64,000 nt of DNA from the human T2T-CHM13v2.0 reference genome, Homo sapiens. Position 1 is the stretch's first letter; each line of letters opens with the position of its first letter. The notes below the pieces were generated by a model, which did not search any database, was not told the origin of the DNA, and saw nothing but the letters and a program-made list of their open reading frames with translations. The translations under genes were made by a program, and so were the position numbers. The stretch is from the NCBI RefSeq assembly GCF_009914755.1, contig NC_060936.1. One strand, written 5' to 3'. Shown here one piece after another: positions 26,695-39,300 of this stretch.

Positions 26695-28047
26695 TCTTCC
26701 ATCACAAAAACAGCATCCTTAGGGAATAGAACATCACGTGCAAAAGGCCAGCATATTGGGCCCAAAGAAATTGAATGTGTTTTGATTATAAGAACAGCTT
26801 TCTATTGTGGCTCTAGGGACTTCTCCCCAGCTGGCCTCTCGATCTGGGAGTTCCTTTCTCTGAGACATGCTAAGTTGGGAGAGAGAGAGGCCTGCTGGAC
26901 CAGGCGGCACAGGGCTGGGGTGCAGAGGGTGGGTGCACAGATGATGCTGGGCAGGAACCACAGTGGGGATGAGGGAGAGGGTTGGCTGTCTCTCAAGCTG
27001 AAGAAGTAGCTGCAAGACTCAGATCTGCTAAGCTGCAGACCCAATCCTGAGCATCTGAGCTGTGTTCAACTGAGACATACAGAGAATCACTTTCCCCAGG
27101 GAGAATGCTTAAACACATCACCAGGTCACCCCCTTTCCCCATCAGGTGTCAGGCAGGATGACCAAAAGTACCCATGATGGACAGATTGCAGGACTCAGGC
27201 AAGGAGCAGGAAGTGATACCTTTGCAATCATAAACTGATGCTCTGCAGTGCCATGGACATCTATATCTCATCCAAAGAGACCCTCAGCAGATCAGAAGGG
27301 CCAAGAGGTCCTGAGATGGCTATGTATGATTGTAAGATGAGGCAAACTTCCTTGGAAGGCACAGAAAGGGACAGCGAAACCTGGCAGGTGAGACCATGCA
27401 GTGATTTGGCCCTTGGTTCTATGGACCAGTGTCAAGTCAGGCTGATGCGGCCTAAGCTCCTATCCAAGTCGCGGCAGGTGGGGTCAAGAGCCCGATCCCA
27501 ACCAGCTCCCTGCCCTGTGAGTCCCATCTCACAATCACCCAGCCCAGGCTCAAATCCTGCAAACAAACTACCCTAATTTCCCTTTTAAGAACTCCACTAA
27601 GATCTTTCAAGGGATTCTTCCCTGAGGTAAATCTGATGCACTTAGCTTTGCTTGATCAATACATTTTTTTGTCCTTTGCATGACTTGACAGCAATAATGA
27701 GAACTTTTTTTTTTGCTTCAGTCATTTAAATGCTTAAGATAATATGAATGCTAGGCTCAGAGAACAATTTTAAAAGAGCATAGATACAGTTACCCTAAAA
27801 GAAGGAGGAGGAGGAGCAGAGCAGTTGGGGTCCTGGCTTCTTTGATACTAGAATTCAATGGCAATTGAAGTAGAAATCAGTGAATACAGGTGAAATCAGT
27901 AAAGTCAAGTGATGAGAAATAATTGTTATTTATTTCCTCTTTATTTGGCTGCAACTTGGGGTAAAAAAGAATTTCACTGGGTTCAACTGCATCACACAGA
28001 TGTTTCTTGGACCTAACTTGTTTCATATTTTTTTAGAGAAGCTACAC

Positions 28048-28173
28048 GCTGAACATCATGGTACGTGTCTGTAATCCCTGCTACTTGGGAGGCTGAGGTG
28101 GAGGATGGCCAGGAGTTGAGCCCAGGAGGTTGAGACCAGCCTGGGTAACATAGTAAGACACCATTAAAAAAAA
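28048..28173 (+). mobile_element. FLAM (free left Alu monomer)
   Basis: Monomer ending gaccagcctgggtaacatagtaagacacc plus A tail. Confidence 0.8.
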
Positions 28174-28212
28174 AGAGAGAAGAAGAAGAAACTTCAAAAA
28201 TTAACCTCTGTA

Positions 28213-28755
28213 AGCAGAACTACCATTTGATTCAGCAATCCCACTACTGGGAATCTACCCAGAGGAAAAGAAGTCATTATATAAAAAAGATATTTGCACA
28301 CGCATGTTTATAGCAGCACAATTCCCAATTGCAAAAATTTGGAACCAGCCCAAATGCCCATCAATCAACAAGTGGATAAAGAAATTGTGGCATGTAAATA
28401 CAATGGAATATTACTCAGCCATAAAAAAGAATGAATTAATGGCATTTGCAGCAGCCTAAATGGAACTGGAAACTATTATTCTAAGTCAAGTAACTCAGGA
28501 ATGGAAAACCAAACATTGTATGTTCTCACTTATAAGCGGGAGCCAAGCTGTGAGGATGTAAAGGGATAAGAATTATACAATGGACTTTGAGGACTTGGAA
28601 AGGATGGGAAGGTGTAAGAGACAAAAGACTACAAATTGGGTTCAGTGTGTACTGCTGGGTGATGGGTGCACCAAAATCTCACTAATCACCACTAAAGAAC
28701 TCACTCATGTAACCAAATACCACCTGTTCCCCCAAAACCTATGGCAATAAAATTT
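28213..28755 (+). mobile_element. L1PB-type 3' end
   Basis: agaactaccatttgattcagcaatcccactactggg...ccaccactaaagaactcactcatgtaaccaaataccacctgttcccc. Confidence 0.85.
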
Positions 28756-28767
28756 TTTTAAAAATCC

Positions 28768-29230
28768 ATTTTTAATTTTTAATTTATTTGTATTGATACA
28801 TAGTAATTATACATATTATGGGGTACATGTGATATTTTGGTAATGCGAACAATGTGTAATGATCAAATCAGGGTATTTCGGGTCTCCATCGCCTTAAACA
28901 TTTATCATTTCCTTGTGTTGGGAACATTTTGAATCTCTTCCAGCTATTTTGATATATACAGTAAATTACTGTTACCTATAGTTGCCCTACTCTGCTACAG
29001 AACACTAGGACTCATTAACCAACCTCTCCTCATTCCCCCACCCCTTCCCAGCCTCTAGTATCCATCACTCTACTCTCTACCTCCATGAGATCCACTTACT
29101 TTAACTCTCACATATGAATGAGAACACGCACAATTTGTCGCTCTGTGCCTGATTTATTTCAGCTAACATAATGACCTCCAGTTTCATCCATGTTGCTGCA
29201 AATGATAGGATTTAATTCTTCTTTATTTTT
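28768..29230 (-). mobile_element. L1MA (MA2/3-like) 3' end, tail-to-tail with the L1PB
   Basis: ggggtacatgtgatattttg...caatgtgtaatgatcaaatcaggg. Confidence 0.82.
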
Positions 29231-29907
29231 TTGTGACAGAATCTCACTTTGTGAGCTTTTGACTGCTGGTTCTCACCTGCTTTCAAATTTAGAAAAGGCC
29301 AAGAAATTTCAAGAGGGGTCTGAGATATCTGTCTAGGGCCCAAATTCAGCCTGACCAGTCAATTGCATGTAGTTATTTTTCACAGCTGAGTCCTGCTGAC
29401 CCCTGGTGACAGTGTCACCAAACCAAACCTCCGAGATCATGTTGGATGGCTGTTGCTTGAAACTGTTGGTTTTCAGTACTAACACTGCAAATCATTTGCT
29501 TTGCTCCCCTAATTTTTCTCCTTCCCAGCTATCCCCACCCCTTATTAACTGGGGTCTTTCCTACAAGACGATAAATGAGAAGAAAATCCATCTGAAATGA
29601 ATGAACATTAAAAAGACACAGTGCTTAGTGACTTGCCTGCAAATGTGGTGTCTGTGTGTGTAAGGCATTCTTTGCAGCAGTTATTTTAATTTTGTCTGTA
29701 TCAATACGGGAAGTCATTCCTTACAGACAAATACAGGAGATCCCAGTGGGGAATTTAGAGCACTTGAGATCATCATAGTCATACACGAGTTCCCAGAATT
29801 TGCTATCTTCTTTGAACTTGCCTACTGCTGCTCATGTTAAGAGCAACACATAGGTTGCATTCTGTCATGCTGTTGTTTTAATTGCTTGCTTGCTAAGCTA
29901 CTGTAGT

Positions 29908-30035
29908 CAGTGGTTCTCAACATCAGAATCACCTGGAAAGCTTCTGAAAACAAAGACTGCTGGGTCTGGGACCTAAGAATTTTTACTCAGTAAGCTCCCA
30001 TCGATGTTACTGATCCAGGAACCACTCTGCTATAG
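29908..30035. mobile_element. MER5 (hAT-Charlie) remnant
   Basis: cagtggttctcaacatcagaatcacctggaaagctt. Confidence 0.65.
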
Positions 30036-33000
30036 GTTGTAAAGGATGTTTCTAGAAATTGCGAATAATTCCAACTGGGTGAAAAGGGGAAACTCAAGGT
30101 TTTTTTTTCTATGACATCACTGCTGCCCTGATCTAAAATAATGCTCTGCAGCCCTAGGGGAGAGTCTGCTTGTTGCATGAAATATAAGCGAAGGAAGAAA
30201 AAAGTCAATGAAACTAGTGTTTCTCAAAGACCTTCAAATTTACAAAAAGCAGTGGAAATCTCAAGGACCTCTTGTGTACCACAGGAAAAAAAAAAGAGTG
30301 GGAGGTCCCTTCCCATGTGATCTTTGGACCTGGTCACAGGGAGTGAATCAGACCTGGAGATGCCCACGGCTCTAGTGGTGAAGTTTAGGTGCTCATTCCA
30401 AGATAGAGTTTTGCTTTCAGGTCTAATTCTGGAAAAGATCTGTGACTGTCAGTAGGGAAAAGATAATTAATTATGGAAATTATACCAACGTCTTGGTACA
30501 AGATTTGAAAAAAGAAATAGGAAGAATGCAGTAGCACATTAACTCAGCCCTTGGAGTCAAACTCTCTCACGATCTGGGCTATATGAATCATTTGGTCTTC
30601 AAAACTTGGTCAAGGCCTTTAAAACTGTTAAGGTTTAGTTCTGTTTCTGTGAAACAGGAATAATAATACTGTCCATATTGTAGATGTTATTGTGGGGATT
30701 AAATGGAACACTTTATTATACTTAGCATATAATAAGAACTCAATGCCTGTTAGGTGAAATCAGTATCATCATCATAATCAAGCTACTAGGAGAAAATATA
30801 GGCAAATTTGTGTATAACCTTGGGAGTTAGGAAGTCTTTCTAACATTAGTGACGGAGAACATTTTTTATTAAAAAGTAGAAATCTATTTATTCCAGAGTA
30901 ATAAGGAAAATTAATTTTTTGAAGAGAGTGTAATAAAACTATTTATTTTGAAGCCATGCTTTGAATTTCAAGGTCATCTGTTATGCAAGACACAATATTT
31001 TAGGATGTGTCAGGAAGCAGGGAAAGGGTTCTTTTTTCTTAACTTTTATTTTAGGTTCAGGGGCAGATTTGTTATATAGGTAAATTGCATGTCACAGGGG
31101 TTTGATATACAGATTACTTTGTCAGCCAACTAATAAACATAGTCTCTGATAGGTAGTTTTTCAATCCTCACCCTCCTCCCACCCTCCACCCTCAAGTAGA
31201 CCCCAGAGTCTATTGTTCCCATCTTGGTGTAGCTCCCACATATAAGTGATAACGTGGTATTTGATTTTCTGTTTCTGTGTTAGTTTACTTTGCCAGTTCC
31301 ATTTATGTTGCTGCAAAAGACATGATCTAATTTTTGACGGATGTATAGTATTCCATTGTGTATGTACCACCATTTTTATCCAGTCTACCAATGATGGACG
31401 TGTAGGTTGATTCCATGTCTTTGCTATTGTGAATAGTGCTGCAATGAACATACACATGCATGTGTCTTTATCATAGAATGATTTACATTCCTTTGGCTAT
31501 GTACGCAATATTGGGATTGTGGGGTCAAATGTAATTCTCTGTTTTGTAGTTTTAAGTTTTTGAGATATTGCTAACTAGCTTTCCACTATGCCTGACCTAA
31601 TTTACATTCCCACCAGCAGCCTAGAAATGTTCCCTTTTCTCTACAACCACCCCAGCATCTGTTATTTTCTGACTCTTTAATAATTGCCATTCTGACTGAT
31701 GTGAGATGGTACCTCATTTTGGTTTTGATTTGTATTTCTCTAATGATTAGTGATGTTGAGAATTATTTCATATGCTTGTTGGCTACATGTGTGTCTTCTT
31801 TTAAAAAGTGTCTGTTAGTGTCCTTTGCCCACTTTTTATTGGGGTTGTTTATGCTTACAAGTTTGTTTAAGTTTTTTACAGATTCTGGATATTAGACCTT
31901 TGTTGGATGGATAGCTTGCAAATATTTTCTCTGATTCTGTAGGTTGTCTGTTTACTCTGTTGATAGTTTCTTTTGCTGTGCAGAAGCTCTTTATGTTAAT
32001 TAGGCCCCGTTGTCAATTTTTATCTTTGTTGCAATTGTTTTGGCATCTTGTTCATGAAATCTTTGCCAGGTTCTATGTTCAGAATGGTATTTCCTAGGTT
32101 GTCTTGCAGGTTTTTGATAGTTTTTGGTGTTAGATTTGAGTCTTTAATAAATCTTGAGTTGATTTTTGTATATGGTGTAAGGAAGAGGCCCAATTTCAAG
32201 CTTCTGCATATGGTTAGCCAGTTATTCTGGCACCATTTATTGATAGGGAGTGCTTTCCCCATTTCTTGTTTTTGTTGGCTTCTTCAAAGATCAGATGATT
32301 GTAGCTGTGTGACATTATTTCTGGGCTCTCTATTCTCTTCCATTGTTTTATATGCCTGGTTTTGTACCAGTACCATGCTGTTTTAGTTACTATAGACTTG
32401 TAGTATAGTTTGAAGTTGGGTATTGTGATGCCTCCAGCTTTGGTCTTTTTGCTTAGGATTGCCTTGGCTATTTGAGTTCTCTTTTGGTTCAATATGAATT
32501 TTAAAATAGTATTTTCTACTTTTGTGAAGAATGTCAGTGATAGTTTAATAGGAATAGGATAGGAATGGTATTGAATCTGTAAATTGCTTTGGGCAGTATG
32601 GCCACTTTAACAATATTGATTCTTCCTATCCATGAGCCTGGATGTTTTTCCACTTGTTTGTGTCATCTCTGATTTCTTTGAGCAGTGTTTTGTAGTTCTT
32701 GTTGTAAAGGTCATTCACCTTCTTGGTTAGCTGTATTACTAGGTATTTTCTTCTTTTTGTGGCTATTGTGAATGGGGTTGCATTCTTGATTTTGTTTTCA
32801 GCTTGGATGTTGTTGATGTATAGAAATGTTACTGATTTTTTGTATACTGATTTTGTATCCTGAAACTTTGCTGAAGTTGTTTATCAGATGAAGGAGCTTT
32901 CGCACAGAGACTATGGGTTTTTCTAGGTGTAGAATCATATTATCTGAAAACAGAGATAGTTTAAGTTCCTCTCTTTTTACTTGGATACCTTTTATTTATT

Positions 33001-33345
33001 TCACTTGACTGGTTGGTCTAGCTAGGACTTTCAGTACTATGTTAAATAGGAATGGTAAGAGAGGGCATCCTTGTCTTGTTCCAGTTATCAAGGGGAATGC
33101 TTCCAGCTTTTGCCCATTCAGTATGATGTTGGCTGTGACTTTGTTATAGATGGCTTTTAATATTTTGAGGTATGTCCATTCAGTGTCTAGTTTGTTGAGG
33201 GTTTTTAACGTAAAGGATGTTGGATTTCATCAAAAGACTTTTCTGCATCTACTGAGATGTTCATGTGGTTTCTGTTTTCAGTTCTGTTTATGTGGTGAAT
33301 CACATTTATTGATTTGCTTATATTGAACCAACCTTGCATCCCAGG

Positions 33346-33708
33346 TGATATGATTTGGCTCTGTGTCCCCATCCAAATCTCACCTCAAATTGTAATATTC
33401 CCTAAGTGTCAAGGGTGGGACCCGGTGGAGGTAATTGAATCATGGGGGCAGTTTCTCCCATGCTGTTCTCATGATAGTGAGTGAATTATCATGAGATCTG
33501 ATGGTTTTATAAGTGTCTGGCATTTCTCTTGCTGGCACTCATTCTCTCTCCTGCCACCCTGTGAAGAGATACCTTCCGTCATGATTGCAAGTTTCCTGAG
33601 GCCTCCCCAGCCATGCAGAACTGTGAGTCAATTAAGCCTCTTTTTTTTATTAATAAATTACCCATTCCCAGATATTTCTTCATAGCAGTGTGAGAACAGA
33701 TGAATACA
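33346..33708 (+). mobile_element. THE1C/D solo LTR inserted in L1 ORF2
   Basis: tgatatgatttggctctgtgtcccc...gaataca; perfect 5-bp TSD CCAGG at 33341-33345 and 33709-33713. Confidence 0.92.
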
Positions 33709-35794
33709 CCAGGGGTAAAGCCTACTTGATTGTAGTGGATTAGCTTTTTGATGTGCTGCTGGATCAGGATTGCAGAATTTTCTTGAATATTTTTGCATTT
33801 ATGTTCGCCTGGGATATTGGCTTGAAGTTTTCTTTTTCTTTTTTTGTTTTTTTGGTGTATCTTTGTTGGATTTTAATGTCAAGGGTAATGCTGGCTTCAT
33901 AGAATAAGTTAGGGAGGAGTTCCTCCTCCTCAATTTTTTGGAATAGTTTCAGTCTGAATGGTACCAGCTCTTCCTTATACATCTGAAGAATTCAGTTGTG
34001 AATCCATCTGGTCTTGGGCTGTTTCTGGTTGGTAGGCTGTTTATTACTGATTCAATTTTGAAACTCATTATTGGTCTGTTAAGGTTTTCAATTTCTTCTT
34101 TGTGCCATCTTCAGAGATTGTTTGTGTCTAGGGATTCATCCATTTCTTCTAGACCTAGAAGAAATTCTTTCCTCTGAGATTCTTTCCTAGGCTTGGTTGA
34201 AGAAATTCATCCATTTCTTCTAGCTTGTGTGCACAGATGTGTTCACAATAGTGTCTGAGAGATTTTTGTATTTCTGTGGGGTTGGTAGTAAGGTCCCTCT
34301 TGTTATTTCTGATTGTGTTCCTTTGGCTCTTCTCTCTGTTTTTCTTTCATTTCATTCAGTTCAACTCTGATTTTGGTTATTTCTTGCCTTCCGCTAGCCT
34401 TGGCATTGGTTTGCTTTTGTTTCTCTAATTGTGATGTTAGGTTGTTAGTCTGAGATATTTTTAACTTTTTGATATGGAAGTTTAGTGTTAGAAATTTCCC
34501 TCTTAACACTACTTTGGCTGTGTCCCAGAGATTCTGTTATGTTGTATCTTTGTTCTCATTAGTTTCAAAGAATTTCTTGATTTCTGCCTTAATTTTGTTA
34601 TTTGCCCAGAATTCATTCAGGAATAGGTTGATTTCCATGTGATTGTATGGTTTTGAGTTATTTTCTTACCATTGATTCCTATTTTTATTGGACCATGGCT
34701 GACATGATTTCAGTTCTTTTGCATTTGCTGAGGATTGCTTTATGCCCAATTGTGGTCAATTTTAGAGTATGTGCCATGTGCAGATGAGAAGAATATATAT
34801 TATGTTGTTTGCAGGTGGAGAGTTCTGTAGATGTCTACGAGGTTCATTTGGTCAAGTCTTGAGTTCAGGTCCGAAAAATCTGTTAGTTTACTGCCTTAGT
34901 GATCTAATACTGTCATTTGGGTCTTAAAGTCTCCCACTACTCTTGTGTGGTTATCTAAGTCTCTTTGTAGATCTCTAAGAACTTGCTTTCTGAATCTGGG
35001 TGCTTCTGTATTGGGTATGTATATACTTAGGATAGTTAGGTCCTCTTGTTGAATTGCGCCCTTTACCATTATATTATGCCCTTCTTTGTCTTTTTTGATC
35101 TTTGTTGGTTTAAAGTCTGTTTTGTCTGAAATTAGAATAGCAACTCCTACCTTTTTATGTTTTGTGATTACTTGGTAGATTATTCTCCATCTCTTTACTT
35201 TGGGCCTATGGGTGTCATTGCATGTGAAGTGAGTCTCTTGAAGACAGCATACCATTGGGTTTTACTTCTTTATCCAAATTGCCACTCTGTGCCTTTTAAT
35301 TGGGGCATTTAGCCTGTTTATATTCAAAGTTAGTATTGGTATGTGCAGATTTGATCTTGTCATCATGTTTTAAGCTGGTTATTATGTAGACTTGTTTGTG
35401 TGGCTGCTTTATAGTGTCACTGGTCTATGTACTTCAGTATACTTTGTAGGTAATGTATGTTGTACCTGTGTACTTTGTTGATAATGGTCTTTCCTTTCCA
35501 CATTTAGTGCTCCCTTCAGGACCCCTTGTAAGGCAGGTCTGGAGGTAATGAATTCCCTTAGCATTTGCTTGTCTGAAAAGGATCTTATTTCTTCTTCACT
35601 TATGAAGCTTAGTTTGGCTGCATATGAAATTATTGGTTGAAAATTCTTTTCTTTAAGAATGCTGAATATAGGCCCCCAATCTCTTCTAGCTTTTAGGGTT
35701 TCTGCTGACAGGTCTGCTATTAGTCTGATAGGCTTCCCTTTGTGACTTGCCCTTTCTTTGTAGCTGCCTTTAATATTTTTTCTTTCATGTCAAC

Positions 35795-35911
35795 CTTGGG
35801 GAATCTGATGACTATGACCATCTTGCAGATGGTCTTGGGGAATCTAATGACTATAACCATCTTGCAGATGGTCTTGGGGAATCTGATGACTATGACCATC
35901 TTGCAGATGGT
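35795..35911. repeat. 3 x 39-bp tandem repeat within L1 ORF1 region
   Basis: cttggggaatctgatgactatgaccatcttgcagatggt at 35795, 35834 and 35873. Confidence 0.95.
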
Positions 35912-36729
35912 TTTCTTGTGTAGTATTTTGTAGGGGTTGTCTACATTTCCTGAATTGAGGTTGGTGAAATTTTTATGAATGATATCCTGAAATATGTTTT
36001 CAAGTTGCTTTTCTCCATCTCTTTCAGGGACACCAATGAGTAGTAGATTTGGTCTCTTTACATAATCCCATATTTCTCACATTTTTAAAATTATTCTTTA
36101 TTGTTTTTTCTTTATTTCTTTTAAGTGACTTTGGAGAGCGAGTCTTCAAGCTCTGAGATTCTTTCCTAGGCTTGGTTGATTCTACTATTAATACTTATGA
36201 TTGCATTATGAAATTTTTCTAGTGTGCTTTTCAGCTTTAGCAGATCAGTTTGATTCTTTCTTATAATGTCCAGTTAATCTAGTAGCTCCTGTATTGTTTT
36301 ATTGTAATCCTTAGATTTCTTAGGTTGGGTATCAAGTAGCCCCTGTATGTGGATGATACTCATTCCTATCTACATTCTTAACTCTATTTCTGACATTTCA
36401 GCTATTTCGGCCTGGTTAAGAATCATTGCAAGGGAACTAGAACAGTCATTTGGAGATAAGAAGATACTCTGGCTTTTTGAGTTGACAGAGTTCTTGCCTG
36501 GTTCTTTCTCATTTGTGTGGGCGAATATTCCTTCAGTCTTTGAAGTTGCTGTGCTTTGGATGGATTGTTTTGCTTTTTTCTTCTTTGATGTCCTTGGGGG
36601 TTAAATTATGGTATAAGATGGGTTTGATTGACTGGCTTTGATTCAATTCCTGGGTCTTGGAGGAGAACTCTCTGATTATGTCTCCATGCCCACATTTCTT
36701 TGGTTAGGTGATCTAGTCTATGGGCCCCT

Positions 36730-37440
36730 CTCAGACAGGAGCCATGGTTGACCCTAATCTGCTGTCTGTGTGCTTCCTAGGAAAGCATGGGGTTGTGCCT
36801 GTCCTCAGAGTTCAGGCAGAAGCAGGACCACTGGTTTAGAAGCTCTAGCAGGTGTGGCCTATCTGACTATGAGAGGCAGAGGTTGGAGGAGTTGCCTTCC
36901 CTGCAGTCTGGGGTTCCCAGAGCAACAGGAGGCTATGACCCTCAGCAAATTCAGGCAAAAGTAGGACTACTAGACTAGAAGCTCTAGCATGTGTGGCTCA
37001 CCTGGATACTGGTGGCAACAGTGGGTAAGGATGCCCAGTCTGCTGCCCAGGTGTTTCTTGGAACAACAGGAGGCTGCACCCACTAGTTGAGTTCCCACAG
37101 AATCAGGACCACTGGGCCAGAAGGCAGGTGCTGTCTACCTGGGTACCAGTAGTGGGAGTGGGTGAAGTCATACACTCTGCTGTTTAGGTGTTTCCTGGGA
37201 CAACAGGAAGCTGCACCCTCCAGCTGAGTTCACACAGAAGTGGGGCCACTGGCCTGGAAGCTCTAGCAGGCATTGCCCTCCTGGCTACCAGTGGCAGGAG
37301 CAAGTGGGGTCATGTGTTCTGCCACCTGAGTGTTTCCTGGAACAACAGTAAGCTGTGTCCTCCAGCTGAGTTCACACAGAAGCGTGAACACTGGGCTGGA
37401 ATTTCTAGCAAATGTTGCCCACCTGGCTATCAGTGGTGGA
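36730..37440. repeat. ~140-bp monomer array (~5 copies) in L1 5'UTR
   Basis: gaagctctagca-like motif recurs near 36839, 36978, 37120, 37257 and 37399; cagctgagttcacacagaag at 37221 and 37363. Confidence 0.75.
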
Positions 37441-38067
37441 GGTTGGTGCAACAGCTGGCTAAGTTTGGGCTGAAGCAGGACCTCTGGGCTGGAAGCTGGT
37501 GCCAAGCTCTGTCTGGCAAGCGTGGGTGGAGCAATCTCATTGCTCCCAGGCAAGGCAACTTTGACCTCTATAGGGGCTACGATGCCAGTGCTGATTTGCT
37601 CCTCCAGGGCCCAAGACTTGTAGCAGTCTCCTTGGACTCAAGAGTTGCCTCTGCAAAACACCTGACTGGCTCTCCGACTCAGTATAGAAGTGCAGTGAGG
37701 GATGCAGCAGAAGCAGGGGGACTATCCCATTCCTAGTCTTGCACAGGTGCTTGTGGAAAGCATGAATCCCCCTGGGGGCTCTCACCTACTCACCCTTTCC
37801 TGTGTTGGAGAGGTTCTCTTGGCTCCATGATGAGCCCAGACAGGCTTGTGTCCAGCTTCACTCTTCTCTGCTGTGTTCCTATGCTGCCTCGGTGAATCCT
37901 AACATGGTTTCTGAGATGATCAACCTGCAGGATTAGTGTTCACTAGCCCTTTTGTTTCCTCCCTGTGAGAGTGGTGCACGTGAGCTGCTTCTAGTCTGCC
38001 ATCTTGACCCTATCCCCAGAAAAAAAATAATTTTTGAGTAGACTTTTACTTGGTTGTAAAATAGGCC

Positions 38068-39300
38068 ATTATTTACTTATTTAACAAATATTTATTGATC
38101 AAATAATCATGCTAATGAGTGAATAAATATAAAAAGAGATATGTTTTCTGTTTAAAAAAAGGAAGAAATGAGGTACTCTGAGCAGTTATAACATGGGAAA
38201 AATGGACCACATGGAGGGTAAGCATTTCTAGGGATAAAATACAAAGTAGAGACATTCTGTAAGTAGCATTGAAGAGAAATTCCAATATATAATGGCTAAC
38301 TACAGGAGGGTGAATCTGCGATTGAGATGGATATGTCATGACCTAAGAATTAGAAGAAACGTCAGGAAAGTGAAACTTAAAATGTGTCTGTTGGGCAGAT
38401 AATGCTTCAAGAAATTGGAAAAAGATGGTTGCAAACATTTTTAAATGCTGTTAAAATATAATGCAAATATTGATTTGATGAAAGTATATATTTTGGAATT
38501 GACAACATGGCAATTTTAGCAAGAGCTAAGGGCAGAAGCCTGAAGGAGTGAGGAAGGAGTGTAGTAACCAGATAACAGTGGTGGGAGGAAAGAGTACAAG
38601 GTCAGGAAACGGAGGCAGATTGTATAGAAAATTCTGCTAAGATGTTTAAGTGTGAGTGGGAGGAACAGAGTACAGTAGATGGAGAGGAGAAAATTCTACT
38701 AAGATGTTTAACTGTGAGTGGGAGGAACAGAGTACAGTAGATGGAGAGGAGACATGGAGCCCAAGACAATTTTATCTGTTGTTTGTTCAGAATGGAAGAG
38801 ATATTTCAGATGAGAAGGGTTTGATTGAGAAGGAGAAGCTGACTGCAGGACAAAGTCAAAATGAATTTATCGTGTCAACAGCAAGGGAGGCTATGGGGGG
38901 GTGGAAATCCTTAATCTGAGGATCTGGCTATAGATGGAAGGAGAGGCCATTTTTATTTCAACAGGTAGAAAAAAGGAAAAGCCCTGACTTTTGAAGACCA
39001 GGTTTCTCTGTGCAAAAGGAGGATCACAGTCATCTACCAAGAGTAAGTGAGAAGGCAAGGCTGTCAGAAGAAAACAAAATGATTTGAAGTAGCAGTTAGA
39101 GAAAGTTGAAGAGCAGGAAACTATAAATGGATTGCTGCAAAGGATTTAAGATCCAGTCGTTTCACATGGTGTCACCTCTCTGTTGTAGGGCTTTGCCCAG
39201 AAGGGCTTACTGCTTAGGTGTAGATGGAGAAAGTGGATAGCGATATCCATGCTTGGTTGGCGATGTGCCATATGGATGAGGAGTACCAACAGAGACACCT
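38068..39300 (-). mobile_element. Degenerate L2 fragments
   Basis: atttacttatttaacaaatatttattga L2 terminus followed by purine-rich antisense L2-like sequence; edges approximate. Confidence 0.5.
38626..38752. repeat. 62-bp tandem duplication
   Basis: 38626-38687 and 38688-38749 differ at 2 positions. Confidence 0.95.

Larger units (their letters stand above)
31029..38017 (-). mobile_element. Near full-length inactive L1 (L1PA15/16-like)
   Basis: 3' end at ~31030; ORF2 remnants (endonuclease CCLQETH at 34896-35255, [12 protein letters not shown] at 33764-33982, KTAWYWYK at 32214-32492); ORF1 region; 5' start ggggatagggtcaagatggcagactagaagcagc; many stops and frameshifts. Confidence 0.93.

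Noticed and set aside
31015-38035. TSD for the long L1
   Set aside because: Flanks (agggaaagggttc vs agaaaaaaaataa) are too dissimilar to call
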